A program made the position numbers and the translations under genes. Shown here one piece after another: positions 38,496-48,389 of a stretch of 64,000 nt of DNA. This stretch comes from a virus: positions 1-64,000 of the IMG/VR virus record IMGVR_UViG_3300040810_000656; one strand, written 5' to 3'. The notes beneath the pieces were generated by a model that worked only from the letters and a program-made list of their open reading frames with translations, did not search any database and was not told the origin of the DNA. Numbering within the stretch: the first letter of the stretch is position 1; each line of letters opens with the position of its first letter.

Positions 38496-39494
38496 TTATC
38501 TCCAATATTCGTATATGTCTTTTTCAATTTCGTATGTGAACTTTTTAACTGGGCGATCCTTTTCTAGCATTGCCCACGAAAACATTTCATCTACTAATGA
38601 TTCTAAGTCTGTTTTGTCTTCAAAGTTAAGCAAGAATTTAGCCTTAGAGTGGTCACAGAAAGCTTCCTTTACTTCATGTCTAGGCTCAACGTGTTTAATT
38701 TCAGTATCTATGTAATACTTGGCGGCGACTTTCTTGACTAAGTTAGCAGCTTCTAGAATAGTATAATACTTGTCAGCACCAATGTTAAAGATCTCCCCGT
38801 TGTGAGCGTCATCCAATAGTTTATAAAATGGCTCCATATAATAGCGAATGTCAGAAAAGGCACGAACCTGTTTCCCGTCTCCATAAACTAATATAGGCTC
38901 TTGATTGATAGCCTTTCTGATAAAGATTCCAATTACATTTCTATACTTATCCCAAATGTTTTGATAAATACCAATCACGTTGTGTGGACGGATAATGTTA
39001 TATCTTAGTCCATGCTGATCGCCACCAACGGCAATATCCATCTCAACCGCATACTTGGCAATACCATATGGGTCTATTGGATTAGGACGCATTGACTCAT
39101 GAAATGGCGGCGGGCTATTTCCGTAAACAGCCATTGATGATGTGAATATCAGCTTAGTGTCATAGTTTATGCACGAATTAATAACTGACGCACTGCCTAT
39201 GATATTATTCATGTAGTTATACTTGCGTACAAATGGAGACAGGCCTTCTGCGGCATATGCCCCAAAATGATAACATGCGATTGGTCTATATTTATTAAAA
39301 ATATGATCTATGTATAACGAGGCATCTAAATTAAGATTATAGAATAGAAAGTCGCTATGCTGCGGCATGAAGTCAGAATAACCACCAGATAGATCATCAA
39401 CACCAATGACACGATATCCTTTATTGAGAAGATATCTAGATAAATGTGTCCCTAGTAATCCAGCACACCCAGTTACCACTATGGTTTGTGACAT
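38496..39494 (-). CDS. NAD-dependent nucleotide-sugar epimerase/dehydratase
   Basis: VTGCAGLLG, TSSMAVYG, YGIAK, YGDGKQVRAF. Confidence 0.92.
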   Translation of the reverse strand: MSQTIVVTGCAGLLGTHLSRYLLNKGYRVIGVDDLSGGYSDFMPQHSDFLFYNLNLDASLYIDHIFNKYRPIACYHFGAYAAEGLSPFVRKYNYMNNIIGSASVINSCINYDTKLIFTSSMAVYGNSPPPFHESMRPNPIDPYGIAKYAVEMDIAVGGDQHGLRYNIIRPHNVIGIYQNIWDKYRNVIGIFIRKAINQEPILVYGDGKQVRAFSDIRYYMEPFYKLLDDAHNGEIFNIGADKYYTILEAANLVKKVAAKYYIDTEIKHVEPRHEVKEAFCDHSKAKFLLNFEDKTDLESLVDEMFSWAMLEKDRPVKKFTYEIEKDIYEYWR

Positions 39495-40153
39495 TAGCTA
39501 TCTCCTGTTATGGTATTGCATTTTTTAATAAAGTCTGATCTTCTCCACGGTTCTCTTCCTATTAGAAAATGATGATAAATAACATTATCATATGTTGTGC
39601 CAACTCCAAAAAAAGTATTAGTACGGCCTATTCTCCATTTTGGATCGTTGCAACTAGTGACTTTTAGAAAGTTAATATTGACAGAAGACATTTCGCAATC
39701 ATAGGTGAATCTCTGTGCTACATCAGAATATTCATCTTCTATAAAACATAGTCTATCCATATGATTTAAAACTTTTTGCATTACGGTTTTTGGAATGGCT
39801 AAACACGCTGGCCCGGCGTATATATGTCCATTAGATTTATTAGCTTCGCATGTTTGCTCAATACCGCATATAGTATTTTTATCGACTTTAGATAATAAAT
39901 GCTCATAAAGTTTATTCGTAATTGGAACACAATCAAGATCAAAGAATACGGCTACATCAAAATCTACATTATCTATAATATAGTTACAGGTTTTACCTAG
40001 CCAATGACCATGTGGAATTTCTTCAAATTGTTGATTTAAGGTAAGATTAAAATAATCAAACACATCTTTTTGAGCTTTTGTTACATCTGATTCAATATTA
40101 AAAGAATATGACAACGGTAAAATTATTTGGTTGTTTATTTTAGTTGTTTTCAT
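39494..40153 (-). CDS. putative GT-A glycosyltransferase
   Basis: AVFFDLDCVP DxD motif; HIYAGPA; IYHHF; cluster context. Confidence 0.55.
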   Translation of the reverse strand: MKTTKINNQIILPLSYSFNIESDVTKAQKDVFDYFNLTLNQQFEEIPHGHWLGKTCNYIIDNVDFDVAVFFDLDCVPITNKLYEHLLSKVDKNTICGIEQTCEANKSNGHIYAGPACLAIPKTVMQKVLNHMDRLCFIEDEYSDVAQRFTYDCEMSSVNINFLKVTSCNDPKWRIGRTNTFFGVGTTYDNVIYHHFLIGREPWRRSDFIKKCNTITGDS

Positions 40154-40910
40154 GTAAGATCCTTTGTTTCCAGTATTCTTTTCTTAAAATAGGAGTATCA
40201 AAAAGAGCGTTATCTATTTTATCATAAGTTTTTTTGAGAAAATCTTCAGTAACTTCTGACCAATCATCAACAAACACAATTGGAAATTTTTCTTCAAAGC
40301 TGTGCGTATAGTATCTCTTGACAATAGGAATACATCCAAGCGTTATTGCTTCCCACATTCTGTGTGTATCAATACCATTTCCTCTTGGGCAAAGACAGAA
40401 CGCATAACTCATAAGATTGTCCACATATTGCTCAAAATTGGTTCCATTCAAACAATAATAATTATCAGCAAAGACTCTTTCGTTTGCAACCATTTCTATC
40501 AAATTATATCTTTCTTGAGTATATGTGTTTGGGTTGAATTGAGACAATGCTTTAATTTTTCTATTTTCTAAGCTTTTATTATGTGCGGCTTTTTTTAAAA
40601 TACTTCTTTTATGCGGATGCCAATGATTATTCTCTAATCCTATCGGAAGTGGGAAAATTTTGGGATGTTTGAACTCTAAATTTTGTGCATACCAAGCTAT
40701 GAGGTTTTCTGGAATAAGTCCATTTATTACAGACTCATCTCCATTATGCGTTATTAATTTAAATTTTGTATCTGGATGATTGCATATGATTCTAATAGCT
40801 TTTTGATAATGTGCGGTATCGCTATACAGTGTAACAAAATTTTTATCATGAGGAATTTCTTCATATATTTTTATGTCGGCTAAACTAACAAAAAAATCTC
40901 CATCAATCAT
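40140..40910 (-). CDS. exostosin/GT47-like glycosyltransferase
   Basis: LITHNGD, PIGLEN, FCLCPRGNGIDTHRMWEAITLGCIPIV. Confidence 0.75.
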   Translation of the reverse strand: MIDGDFFVSLADIKIYEEIPHDKNFVTLYSDTAHYQKAIRIICNHPDTKFKLITHNGDESVINGLIPENLIAWYAQNLEFKHPKIFPLPIGLENNHWHPHKRSILKKAAHNKSLENRKIKALSQFNPNTYTQERYNLIEMVANERVFADNYYCLNGTNFEQYVDNLMSYAFCLCPRGNGIDTHRMWEAITLGCIPIVKRYYTHSFEEKFPIVFVDDWSEVTEDFLKKTYDKIDNALFDTPILRKEYWKQRILHENN

Positions 40911-41733
40911 TTGAAGATCCCCCTAGATAAAATTTAGAATCTGGTTGCCAGCTACAATGCCACATGTGACAAGCAACGCTTTCTGGCTTTAGGCACGAAT
41001 AGATTAATTTTTCAGTTGCTGAATTTCTGTGTATCGCCGGAAAAGGAAAGAAACACATGGTAGGAAATATAATAATGTCATCATTACCTTCGTTACGAAG
41101 TTTATTAAAAATACATTGAGAAAGAAGAAATGGTCCTGTTTGAAATAAAGTTCTTGTCTGTCTACATGGTATTTCGTTGTAGGTAGTATTACTACAACCA
41201 AGAAGACAATTTAAAACTATTTTGTTGTTTTTAGAGCATCCAATAGCACCATTAGTCATAACTGGATCTTGATCAAACATCAAGCAAGAAAAAAAAGAAC
41301 AACACTTAGTTATATTTGAAAAACAACTAGAGACACATAGGAAATCTGTGTCTAGATAAATGCCGCCATACTCATATAATATCGCGTATCTTAGCATATC
41401 TGATTTATTGCCAAAATTATCACTTTCTTTATATTCGTTATACTTTGGTGTTTTTTTCATTAAGTTTTCAGCGGTAGCATCATCCCAAATCATGAACTCA
41501 AATAACGGATTTTTCCTTTGCCAATCATCAATGTTTGCAAGATACATATCTGGAGTCTCACCGCCAAGCCAAATAAAATGAAATATATTTGGTATTGGAT
41601 TTTTAGATTTAGACTGTATATTCTTGTAGTATGTATCTTTTAGTAAGTTCCAATTATAATCAGATTTAGCATAATTAATATTAAATTGAGAAGACTGCGA
41701 TTCACAGCTTTTAAAAAAATCTAAAGTAATCAT
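40903..41733 (-). CDS. glycosyltransferase family 32 (DxD; OCH1/capsular polysaccharide synthesis type)
   Basis: IPNIFHFIWLG, KSDMLRYAILYEYGGIYLDTD, TGPFLL, HMWHCSW. Confidence 0.88.
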   Translation of the reverse strand: MITLDFFKSCESQSSQFNINYAKSDYNWNLLKDTYYKNIQSKSKNPIPNIFHFIWLGGETPDMYLANIDDWQRKNPLFEFMIWDDATAENLMKKTPKYNEYKESDNFGNKSDMLRYAILYEYGGIYLDTDFLCVSSCFSNITKCCSFFSCLMFDQDPVMTNGAIGCSKNNKIVLNCLLGCSNTTYNEIPCRQTRTLFQTGPFLLSQCIFNKLRNEGNDDIIIFPTMCFFPFPAIHRNSATEKLIYSCLKPESVACHMWHCSWQPDSKFYLGGSSND

Positions 41734-42579
41734 TTATATCAATCCATTTAGTATATCTATTTCTTGATGTGGACATACAATATTAGATAAATCTAGTAAG
41801 TCCATGTCAATTCTTTTACCATTCATGTATTTTCCAAGCAAGAATTCTGATTCATACATAAAATGTTCTCCAGAAAAATTTTCAGTATGAGTTTTAGATA
41901 CTCTATTGTTTGGGCTATTTACTACAGTGCTATGCTGCGTACATACCATAAAGTTACCAGATATAGGCCAGAATCTTTGCATTTGTGTTTCAACTTCATT
42001 AGGTGTTTGTTTAAATTGAAATTTTTTACTTAGATATTCTATCTGACTAAACATGTCTATAATTTCTGATTTTCTAAAAACATGACCGTCCACAGAATGA
42101 GAGTAAGACCAATATGAGCCATATATGTACATAGTCTTAGGAACAAACACATAGTCGCCAATTTCCTGATAATGATTAAGCTCATCGCTCATTTCTCTTC
42201 CGTGATGAAATCTTTTATGTATATTTTTCCCTAGCCTTAGAGATAAACATACTACCTGCGGTGCAGAAAAAAGATTATCGTAAGAAACACTTTGGCTTAC
42301 CTGTCTATAAACTATATTGTCGTCGGTAAAGAAACATATATACTTATTGTTTGAATTTATTGATATGCTACATATGTCTGCATATATAGAATTACTTTGT
42401 GTTATGAATTTAATATTTGGGTGTTCTATTTTTACATTATTTAGGCTTTCCTGATATGCTTCACTATACTTTTCAAGTACAACTATATCATTGGTGTCTT
42501 TAAAATTTTTGGATATACTTTTTAAAGTTAAGTCTAGTTGCAAAGGGCGATCTTTGCTAAAGATAATAGATGTAATCAT
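41734..42579 (-). CDS. putative GT-A glycosyltransferase
   Basis: IIFSKDRPLQL, CFFTDDNI, SLRLG, SVDGHVF. Confidence 0.6.
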   Translation of the reverse strand: MITSIIFSKDRPLQLDLTLKSISKNFKDTNDIVVLEKYSEAYQESLNNVKIEHPNIKFITQSNSIYADICSISINSNNKYICFFTDDNIVYRQVSQSVSYDNLFSAPQVVCLSLRLGKNIHKRFHHGREMSDELNHYQEIGDYVFVPKTMYIYGSYWSYSHSVDGHVFRKSEIIDMFSQIEYLSKKFQFKQTPNEVETQMQRFWPISGNFMVCTQHSTVVNSPNNRVSKTHTENFSGEHFMYESEFLLGKYMNGKRIDMDLLDLSNIVCPHQEIDILNGLI

Positions 42580-43613
42580 AAATTAAAAGTTGGTATGGCT
42601 TTGAGTAGCTTTTTGCTTAGTTCGTTGTTCCCGGTGTATTTCAGTATATCCGATATGCGATGAAAGCTTGTATGATTGCTAAGAACGGTTTGGCGACCTT
42701 TTTTAGCGATAGATTTAGCTTCTTCTTGGTTATTAATATAGTAGTCAATTTTTTCTCGAAACTCTTCTCCAGTTTTAGCAAGCACAACACCATCATTAAA
42801 TACTTTTTCATAGGCCTTGCAATAATCTGAAACACAAAAACCTCCTGAGAATAGTATCTTAAATATTCTCTCATTTACATCTACTCCAAAGGCGTGGGCG
42901 TGTGGTTCAGATAGGTTAGGGCAAACCTTAGCAGATACAAATAGATTTTTTACTTGATTATCTTCTATGTATCCACAGTATTGATTAACAGGCCAACGCT
43001 GATTGCCAAAAATTTTGACTTTATATTTATCAATATCATTAAGCATAGGAAAAAGATATTCATTAATTATAAGTCCTTTGTGAGGCCAGTAGCCACCAAC
43101 AAAACCTATGTCGCATTTAAGTTTTGGGTCTGCTATAGCGTTGCCATACATCAGAGTATCGGCACACATCATAAGAGACTTTGCTGGGATTCCAATACTT
43201 TGAAAATATTCGTGAGTTTTGTTCACATCTTCTTGTAAATAATGTATATGAACAAAGTCGGGCTTGCCGGTTTCATCTTTAAGCTTCTTTAGGAGTCTTT
43301 TTTCTTTTTCTGATGCAAACAGCATGTTCCATTGGTTTTGATTTATTTCTTTTTCATGGCTTCCCCAATCTCCTGCCCGAAGCCCCACTTTTAGATGCGG
43401 GCGTTCATACAAACATTTGACAAGTGCTTCATCTAAATTGTAAGATTGTCCAAGAAAAATATCTGGTTCAAATGAATCAAAGACATCAAAAGCGGATACG
43501 TTCTTGCAGTCCCACAATTGAGCTTCTATACCAACGGCCCGAAAAGCATTAAGCCAAGCCACACGCTGAAAATAGTGAGCATGAATTCCATCACTAGAAA
43601 TTAAAACTTTCAT
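42576..43613 (-). CDS. CgeB/YkvP-like GT-B glycosyltransferase
   Basis: CDIGFVGG, VNERIFKI..SGGFCVSD, IAKKGRQTVLSNHT..HR. Confidence 0.8.
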   Translation of the reverse strand: MKVLISSDGIHAHYFQRVAWLNAFRAVGIEAQLWDCKNVSAFDVFDSFEPDIFLGQSYNLDEALVKCLYERPHLKVGLRAGDWGSHEKEINQNQWNMLFASEKEKRLLKKLKDETGKPDFVHIHYLQEDVNKTHEYFQSIGIPAKSLMMCADTLMYGNAIADPKLKCDIGFVGGYWPHKGLIINEYLFPMLNDIDKYKVKIFGNQRWPVNQYCGYIEDNQVKNLFVSAKVCPNLSEPHAHAFGVDVNERIFKILFSGGFCVSDYCKAYEKVFNDGVVLAKTGEEFREKIDYYINNQEEAKSIAKKGRQTVLSNHTSFHRISDILKYTGNNELSKKLLKAIPTFNL

Positions 43614-44326
43614 AAATCTTTCCTAACTTTGTCTATTTCAATAATTCTCATTTCCTCTGGTTCATAACACTGAAACACCCCACCATGAGATATGATATTA
43701 TTGAGTATCTCAAATGATAACAATTTTTTATGCTGTGCTTCAAACTTGGAAAATAATTGACGGGCTATCCTAAGTTCCTTACCTGTTATATATGCTATCT
43801 GACACCATTTGCACTCTAGACCATAAGAAAAAATACTAGCTATTTGGTTATTAATAGTAACACCAACTTCTTTTTTTTCTATCTGATTTTTATTATCTAT
43901 TAAAATAAATGACTTAGAATAATCTAAGTTGAGTGTCTCTGAATTAAATAATAAATCTCCATGTAAAAATAACACACCGTTTTTATGGGTATTATTGATA
44001 GCTAGTCTCAAGCTTTCTGAAGTGTTTGTTGTGTCATAAATTTGATTCTCAACAATTCTTGCTGCATTTTTTACTTTTTTTATTACTCGCTGAGAATCAT
44101 ATCCTACAACACAAATTATTTCTGGATCTTCAAAATGGCTATTTATAACAGCAAGCTGATGCTCGATGAGCGTTTTATCTCTTATTTTAAGCAAAGATCT
44201 TGGCTCATAAGATTTAATTCTAGAACCAACACCAGCAGCCAAAATTGCAACACATACATGATTAGGGCTTTTATTTTTTTTGTTTTGCCCCTTTTTAATG
44301 TCGGTTGTATAGTTTTTTTTAATCAT
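43610..44326 (-). CDS. sugar/phosphocholine nucleotidyltransferase (LicC/GlmU-like)
   Basis: ILAAGVGSRIKSYEPRSLL, VVGY, TNTSESL, LHGDLLF, EID. Confidence 0.8.
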   Translation of the reverse strand: MIKKNYTTDIKKGQNKKNKSPNHVCVAILAAGVGSRIKSYEPRSLLKIRDKTLIEHQLAVINSHFEDPEIICVVGYDSQRVIKKVKNAARIVENQIYDTTNTSESLRLAINNTHKNGVLFLHGDLLFNSETLNLDYSKSFILIDNKNQIEKKEVGVTINNQIASIFSYGLECKWCQIAYITGKELRIARQLFSKFEAQHKKLLSFEILNNIISHGGVFQCYEPEEMRIIEIDKVRKDL

Positions 44327-45102
44327 CGTGACCTTAGTATTTGAGCATTTCTTTCAAACATTTCAGCAGTCATTTTGTATGATTGATTTTTACCTGTATT
44401 ATTAGCAATAGCAAGCTTTTCAGGAACATGGGTCATCATACATATTCTTGACAATCTTAACCATAGATCATAGTCTTCTGTGCATCCTATAAATTCTTTA
44501 CTTGCTGGCCCATGTAACCTAGAGTCAAAAAACTCTTTGTTTGGTTGACACACTTTGGCAAGTACTTCTTTCTTTATTAAAGAATTGCTATGAACAATAC
44601 ATCTGTTTAATAGAACAGATCTATCATAAGGTTCTTTAAATTCATGCTGTTTGTATTTTGGATGTACGTTATCATAATCACCATAAGCAACGCCAATCTC
44701 TACGTGCTGCATTAATTTTTCTACAAGAGTAGAAACCTTATTAGAATAATAAGCATCGTCTGAATCTAAGATACCAAAGATGTCTGCCCATTCCCATGCT
44801 TCCCAGATCGCAACATTTCTTCCAGTGCTAGCACCAGAGTTGTTGATTCTGAAAGCATATAAATCATCCTTCCTTCGTTCCTCGATTGGTCCACTATAAT
44901 ATGGCTGATTCAGAGTTCTTTTTTCAAATGGCTCACTTATAGAAGAAATTTCTTCCCACGAATGATCACTAGATCCATCATCAACAACATATACCCTTAA
45001 AGGCCCATCATAGTCTTGGCATGTTGCACTAATTATAGCATCTTTTACATAGTCACCGTAATTATAGTTTGTGCATATGATGGCTACATTAGGCTTGTTC
45101 AT
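44323..45102 (-). CDS. glycosyltransferase family 2
   Basis: NYNYG, VVDDGSSD, NSGASTGRN, LDSDD, EDYDLWLR. Confidence 0.92.
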   Translation of the reverse strand: MNKPNVAIICTNYNYGDYVKDAIISATCQDYDGPLRVYVVDDGSSDHSWEEISSISEPFEKRTLNQPYYSGPIEERRKDDLYAFRINNSGASTGRNVAIWEAWEWADIFGILDSDDAYYSNKVSTLVEKLMQHVEIGVAYGDYDNVHPKYKQHEFKEPYDRSVLLNRCIVHSNSLIKKEVLAKVCQPNKEFFDSRLHGPASKEFIGCTEDYDLWLRLSRICMMTHVPEKLAIANNTGKNQSYKMTAEMFERNAQILRSR

Positions 45103-45853
45103 TAAATTCCCCCCATGTGATAAACGTATCTGGGTGACTAGAGGCTGCGTATGCCCTAACCTTATCTAAAAATAAGTCATCATTAATTTTTTCATCAGAA
45201 AATATCTTTAAACGATTACCGTTGAGGAATTTAAACAATGCAGATTGAAATAATAACCCACTTAAATTTTCACTAACAGGCTCTACTACTACTAATGTTT
45301 TCATCTGCACGTTTACTCTATGGTTTATTTTTTCTATCAAACGTCTATCTATTGCATCTCCAGAGTCGCAAACATAAATCCATCCATTTTTAGCGTGTTT
45401 AAATGCTTCATCTATAAGAAACTCAGATATTTGTGGTTTGGCGACCAACTGAAGTATATGATGTTCTGTTACATTAAAGTCAAAACTTGATTTTAGTGTT
45501 TTTTGTATTTCTGCATTATACTCTACAGCATCATTAATAACAACCACATATCTGGCTTGCATAGTTTGATTTTTTATGTCGTCAATAGTGTTTTTTAGTT
45601 TGTCTAAATTTCTATTAAACCTAATAAAAAAACCGACTTTTGGCTGCACCTCCTTTAATGCCGTTTTAACAAGATCATTAGACTCTTCTAATGATAGCTC
45701 AGTCAACCATTCTTTTGGTCTATAGCAATTACAAAATCTTTCTAAGATTATATTTCCGTCTTCAATTTTATGTTTTAGTTTTTCAAGCCTATTTAAATCA
45801 CACAAGCTACCATCTTTTAAAAACACACATCCTTCACAACTTGTATTTAACAT
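45089..45853 (-). CDS. degenerate GT2-like protein with Cys-rich N-terminus
   Basis: CEGCVF..C...FCNC then PKVGFFI..LKNTIDDIKNQT..VVVIND. Confidence 0.45.
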   Translation of the reverse strand: MLNTSCEGCVFLKDGSLCDLNRLEKLKHKIEDGNIILERFCNCYRPKEWLTELSLEESNDLVKTALKEVQPKVGFFIRFNRNLDKLKNTIDDIKNQTMQARYVVVINDAVEYNAEIQKTLKSSFDFNVTEHHILQLVAKPQISEFLIDEAFKHAKNGWIYVCDSGDAIDRRLIEKINHRVNVQMKTLVVVEPVSENLSGLLFQSALFKFLNGNRLKIFSDEKINDDLFLDKVRAYAASSHPDTFITWGEFNEQA

Positions 45854-46275
45854 TATGATTTTCTCCTAGCTACTATTGTAAAATTACAAGTCTGATGATC
45901 ATAATGCTTTTGTTCAACGTAAAGATTTGGAGGAAGCAGACCTTCTAGTGAGATAAGCGAACTAACCGATTTTCGTTTTTGTTCAGAAAACAAAGCAGCG
46001 TTTATACTGTCTTCATCTATTTCTTCATTATATTTTCTTCTAGCTAAAATATTCATGTCTATATCAGTAATTGTTAGTTTGCCGTTAAGTCTTAGTTTAG
46101 TGGCTAGTTTTTTTAATAGCTCTTGGTATTCATTAATACTGAAAGAAGAAATAAAGTGATCGCATACAATGTCTGTTCCTTCTGAATTTAACAGAATGCC
46201 GTCTAGCATTGGCAAGCTATTTGCCCATTTGCCGCTAGTGCCTTCTGGCTTATTTGTTGACAGGTATACCTTCAT
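45853..46275 (-). CDS. methyltransferase-like protein (truncated class I fold)
   Basis: Start MKVYLS behind GGAGG; LLKKLATKLRLNGKLTI. Confidence 0.45.
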   Translation of the reverse strand: MKVYLSTNKPEGTSGKWANSLPMLDGILLNSEGTDIVCDHFISSFSINEYQELLKKLATKLRLNGKLTITDIDMNILARRKYNEEIDEDSINAALFSEQKRKSVSSLISLEGLLPPNLYVEQKHYDHQTCNFTIVARRKS

Positions 46276-47308
46276 ATATTCCTCCGTTTTTTTTATTTTC
46301 AATAGCCTGGAAAAACAACCTATTCCAGCCTTCAGTGAAGCGATTTAAATTAAACTTTTCTAATATTGTTTTTCTAGCATTGTCGCCAAGTTCACGAGCC
46401 TTTTCTGGATTTGCAAGAAGCTCTTCTAAGAAGGTTCTCAACTCTTTAGGGTCATTTGACAACAACCCATTATAATTGTGTTCGATAATTTCTGGTATCA
46501 TACAGTTGGCTGTAGAGACTATAGCACAACCGCAAGCCATTGCTTCCATTAAGACAGTTGGAACAGGTGAGTGCAAAGAAGTATTATAGAATATACTATG
46601 CTCACTATATACTTGGCGAAGATGCTCAATTGAATTTGCGGGTTCAGAAAAGCCAGGACTTTTACCATATACTTGTGTTGGTAAGCCTCGTGTTGTATCT
46701 CTCCATAAGTTAAACCCACAGCACCAATCTCTATTAGGCCAATCATTTACTACAGATAAACATGCATTTATTCTGTTTTTAGATACAGGACGCCAAAAAT
46801 CTGTATCTACACCATGCTCAATTATTTCAGCACTTCTTTTGCTTCTAATCCAGGCTTTGGCGTTATATTTAGATATGAATGAATCTAAATCCACCTTAAT
46901 ACTGTTAAAGCCAGCTACTTGTGTCTCTTCTGGCATTCTTATATCTGGTAAAATATGAGTATGTCTAATAATCGGAATAGAGATTTTATTCAGGGTTTGT
47001 TCATTATTCTGAGCTACTACATTATGTAGCACCATTAATCTTTTATCAGATGTATGGCTAAGTATTAAATCAAAATCAAGATAGCTTGGAATATTATTTA
47101 TGATGTGATAATTTTCTGGAATTGGAGCATAGTCTGTATCCCAAGTTTTTTGGCCTGGAATATTTAAGGCATAAAAATTATGACCCGTTTTACACAGATT
47201 GTATTCATATCTTTCATGTGTTGTTGCAGTAAGTATGTTTAAAGGCTCATCTTTTTTTGGATGATGCATTATAGCACGTATATTTGTCTGTGTGGCATTA
47301 ACTGTCAT
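46250..47308 (-). CDS. glycosyltransferase family 4 (GT-B)
   Basis: IEHGVDTDFW, PTVLMEAMACGCAIVST, NGLL, LGDNARKTI. Confidence 0.9.
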   Translation of the reverse strand: MTVNATQTNIRAIMHHPKKDEPLNILTATTHERYEYNLCKTGHNFYALNIPGQKTWDTDYAPIPENYHIINNIPSYLDFDLILSHTSDKRLMVLHNVVAQNNEQTLNKISIPIIRHTHILPDIRMPEETQVAGFNSIKVDLDSFISKYNAKAWIRSKRSAEIIEHGVDTDFWRPVSKNRINACLSVVNDWPNRDWCCGFNLWRDTTRGLPTQVYGKSPGFSEPANSIEHLRQVYSEHSIFYNTSLHSPVPTVLMEAMACGCAIVSTANCMIPEIIEHNYNGLLSNDPKELRTFLEELLANPEKARELGDNARKTILEKFNLNRFTEGWNRLFFQAIENKKNGGIYEGIPVNK

Positions 47309-48389
47309 TAAGTAGCTCCTTTATAGTTTTCCCTACTATAGTATGGTCCATCTTTGTGGCTTCTTTCACAGCTTTTTTAGACAGTACGTCAGCTTCTTTT
47401 GATTTCCATTTCATGTACGCTTCACGCATAGCGAATTGTAATCCACGCAAATCAATTTCTCTCCAATAAGCACCATAATTGTCTAAGTTTGGAACTGTGT
47501 CTATAGCACCAAAGCATGGTTGCTCAGTAGAATCTACAGATCTACCTACTCCAAAATCATCAATACCAGTGTTTTTAGTCCATATCACAGGTACACCGCA
47601 GGCCATAGACTCTAAAGCTGGGATACAAAAAGCCTCTCCCCTGCTAGGCATCACAAAGCGGTGACATTGTTTTATAATAGATTTATACATCTTATCTTCA
47701 AGCATACCAGATAAAACTATTTCTTTTTTATAGCTCTTTCTTAATTTCATTCTAGCTTTTATTCCATCGCAATATTTTTGTACCATTGAAGCATTTGCCT
47801 TAGAGGTTTTTAAAACTAGATTAACGGGTTCTTCTGGATAAAACTCAGCATGAAAAGATTGAATAAGGGCTTTTACATTCTTTCTTTCTATGAATTCACC
47901 AATAAACAAAAAATTGAATGTATTATCAATTTCTTTGATGCCTCCAATTGACTTATGAGTTTGGTATTCGGATATGTTTAATGAATGAGGAACCACGTAT
48001 ATTGGAACTTTAACACCGCTCATTCTACAATGACCTTTACATTCTAAGCTAGGAACCCATATTTCATCCATTAGATTTAATGATTCTGTCCATCCAGTAA
48101 GTTTAAATGGAGACGTTTCAACGTCTAAGAATCCAATGTTTTTGTAATTCGCATTATATGATAAAAGATGTGGAAGCACATGCTGTATGCAAATATTACA
48201 GCCATAAGAGGATTTAGCTTCCAGTTGCTTGATTCTTTCTGGATAGTCAATCTGCCGTGCTTCGTATGACACAGCTCTAGGAATCACATTTATTCCAACA
48301 TTATCCATCGCTAGAATGTTATTCAAACACGCATTACCCCATCCAGTTCCATCTCTATAATTTCCAATGTATAATACTTTATTTGACAT
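47298..48389 (-). CDS. glycosyltransferase family 4 (GT-B)
   Basis: DEIWVPS, FIERKN, FVMPSRGEAFCIPALESMACGVPVI. Confidence 0.9.
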   Translation of the reverse strand: MSNKVLYIGNYRDGTGWGNACLNNILAMDNVGINVIPRAVSYEARQIDYPERIKQLEAKSSYGCNICIQHVLPHLLSYNANYKNIGFLDVETSPFKLTGWTESLNLMDEIWVPSLECKGHCRMSGVKVPIYVVPHSLNISEYQTHKSIGGIKEIDNTFNFLFIGEFIERKNVKALIQSFHAEFYPEEPVNLVLKTSKANASMVQKYCDGIKARMKLRKSYKKEIVLSGMLEDKMYKSIIKQCHRFVMPSRGEAFCIPALESMACGVPVIWTKNTGIDDFGVGRSVDSTEQPCFGAIDTVPNLDNYGAYWREIDLRGLQFAMREAYMKWKSKEADVLSKKAVKEATKMDHTIVGKTIKELLNDS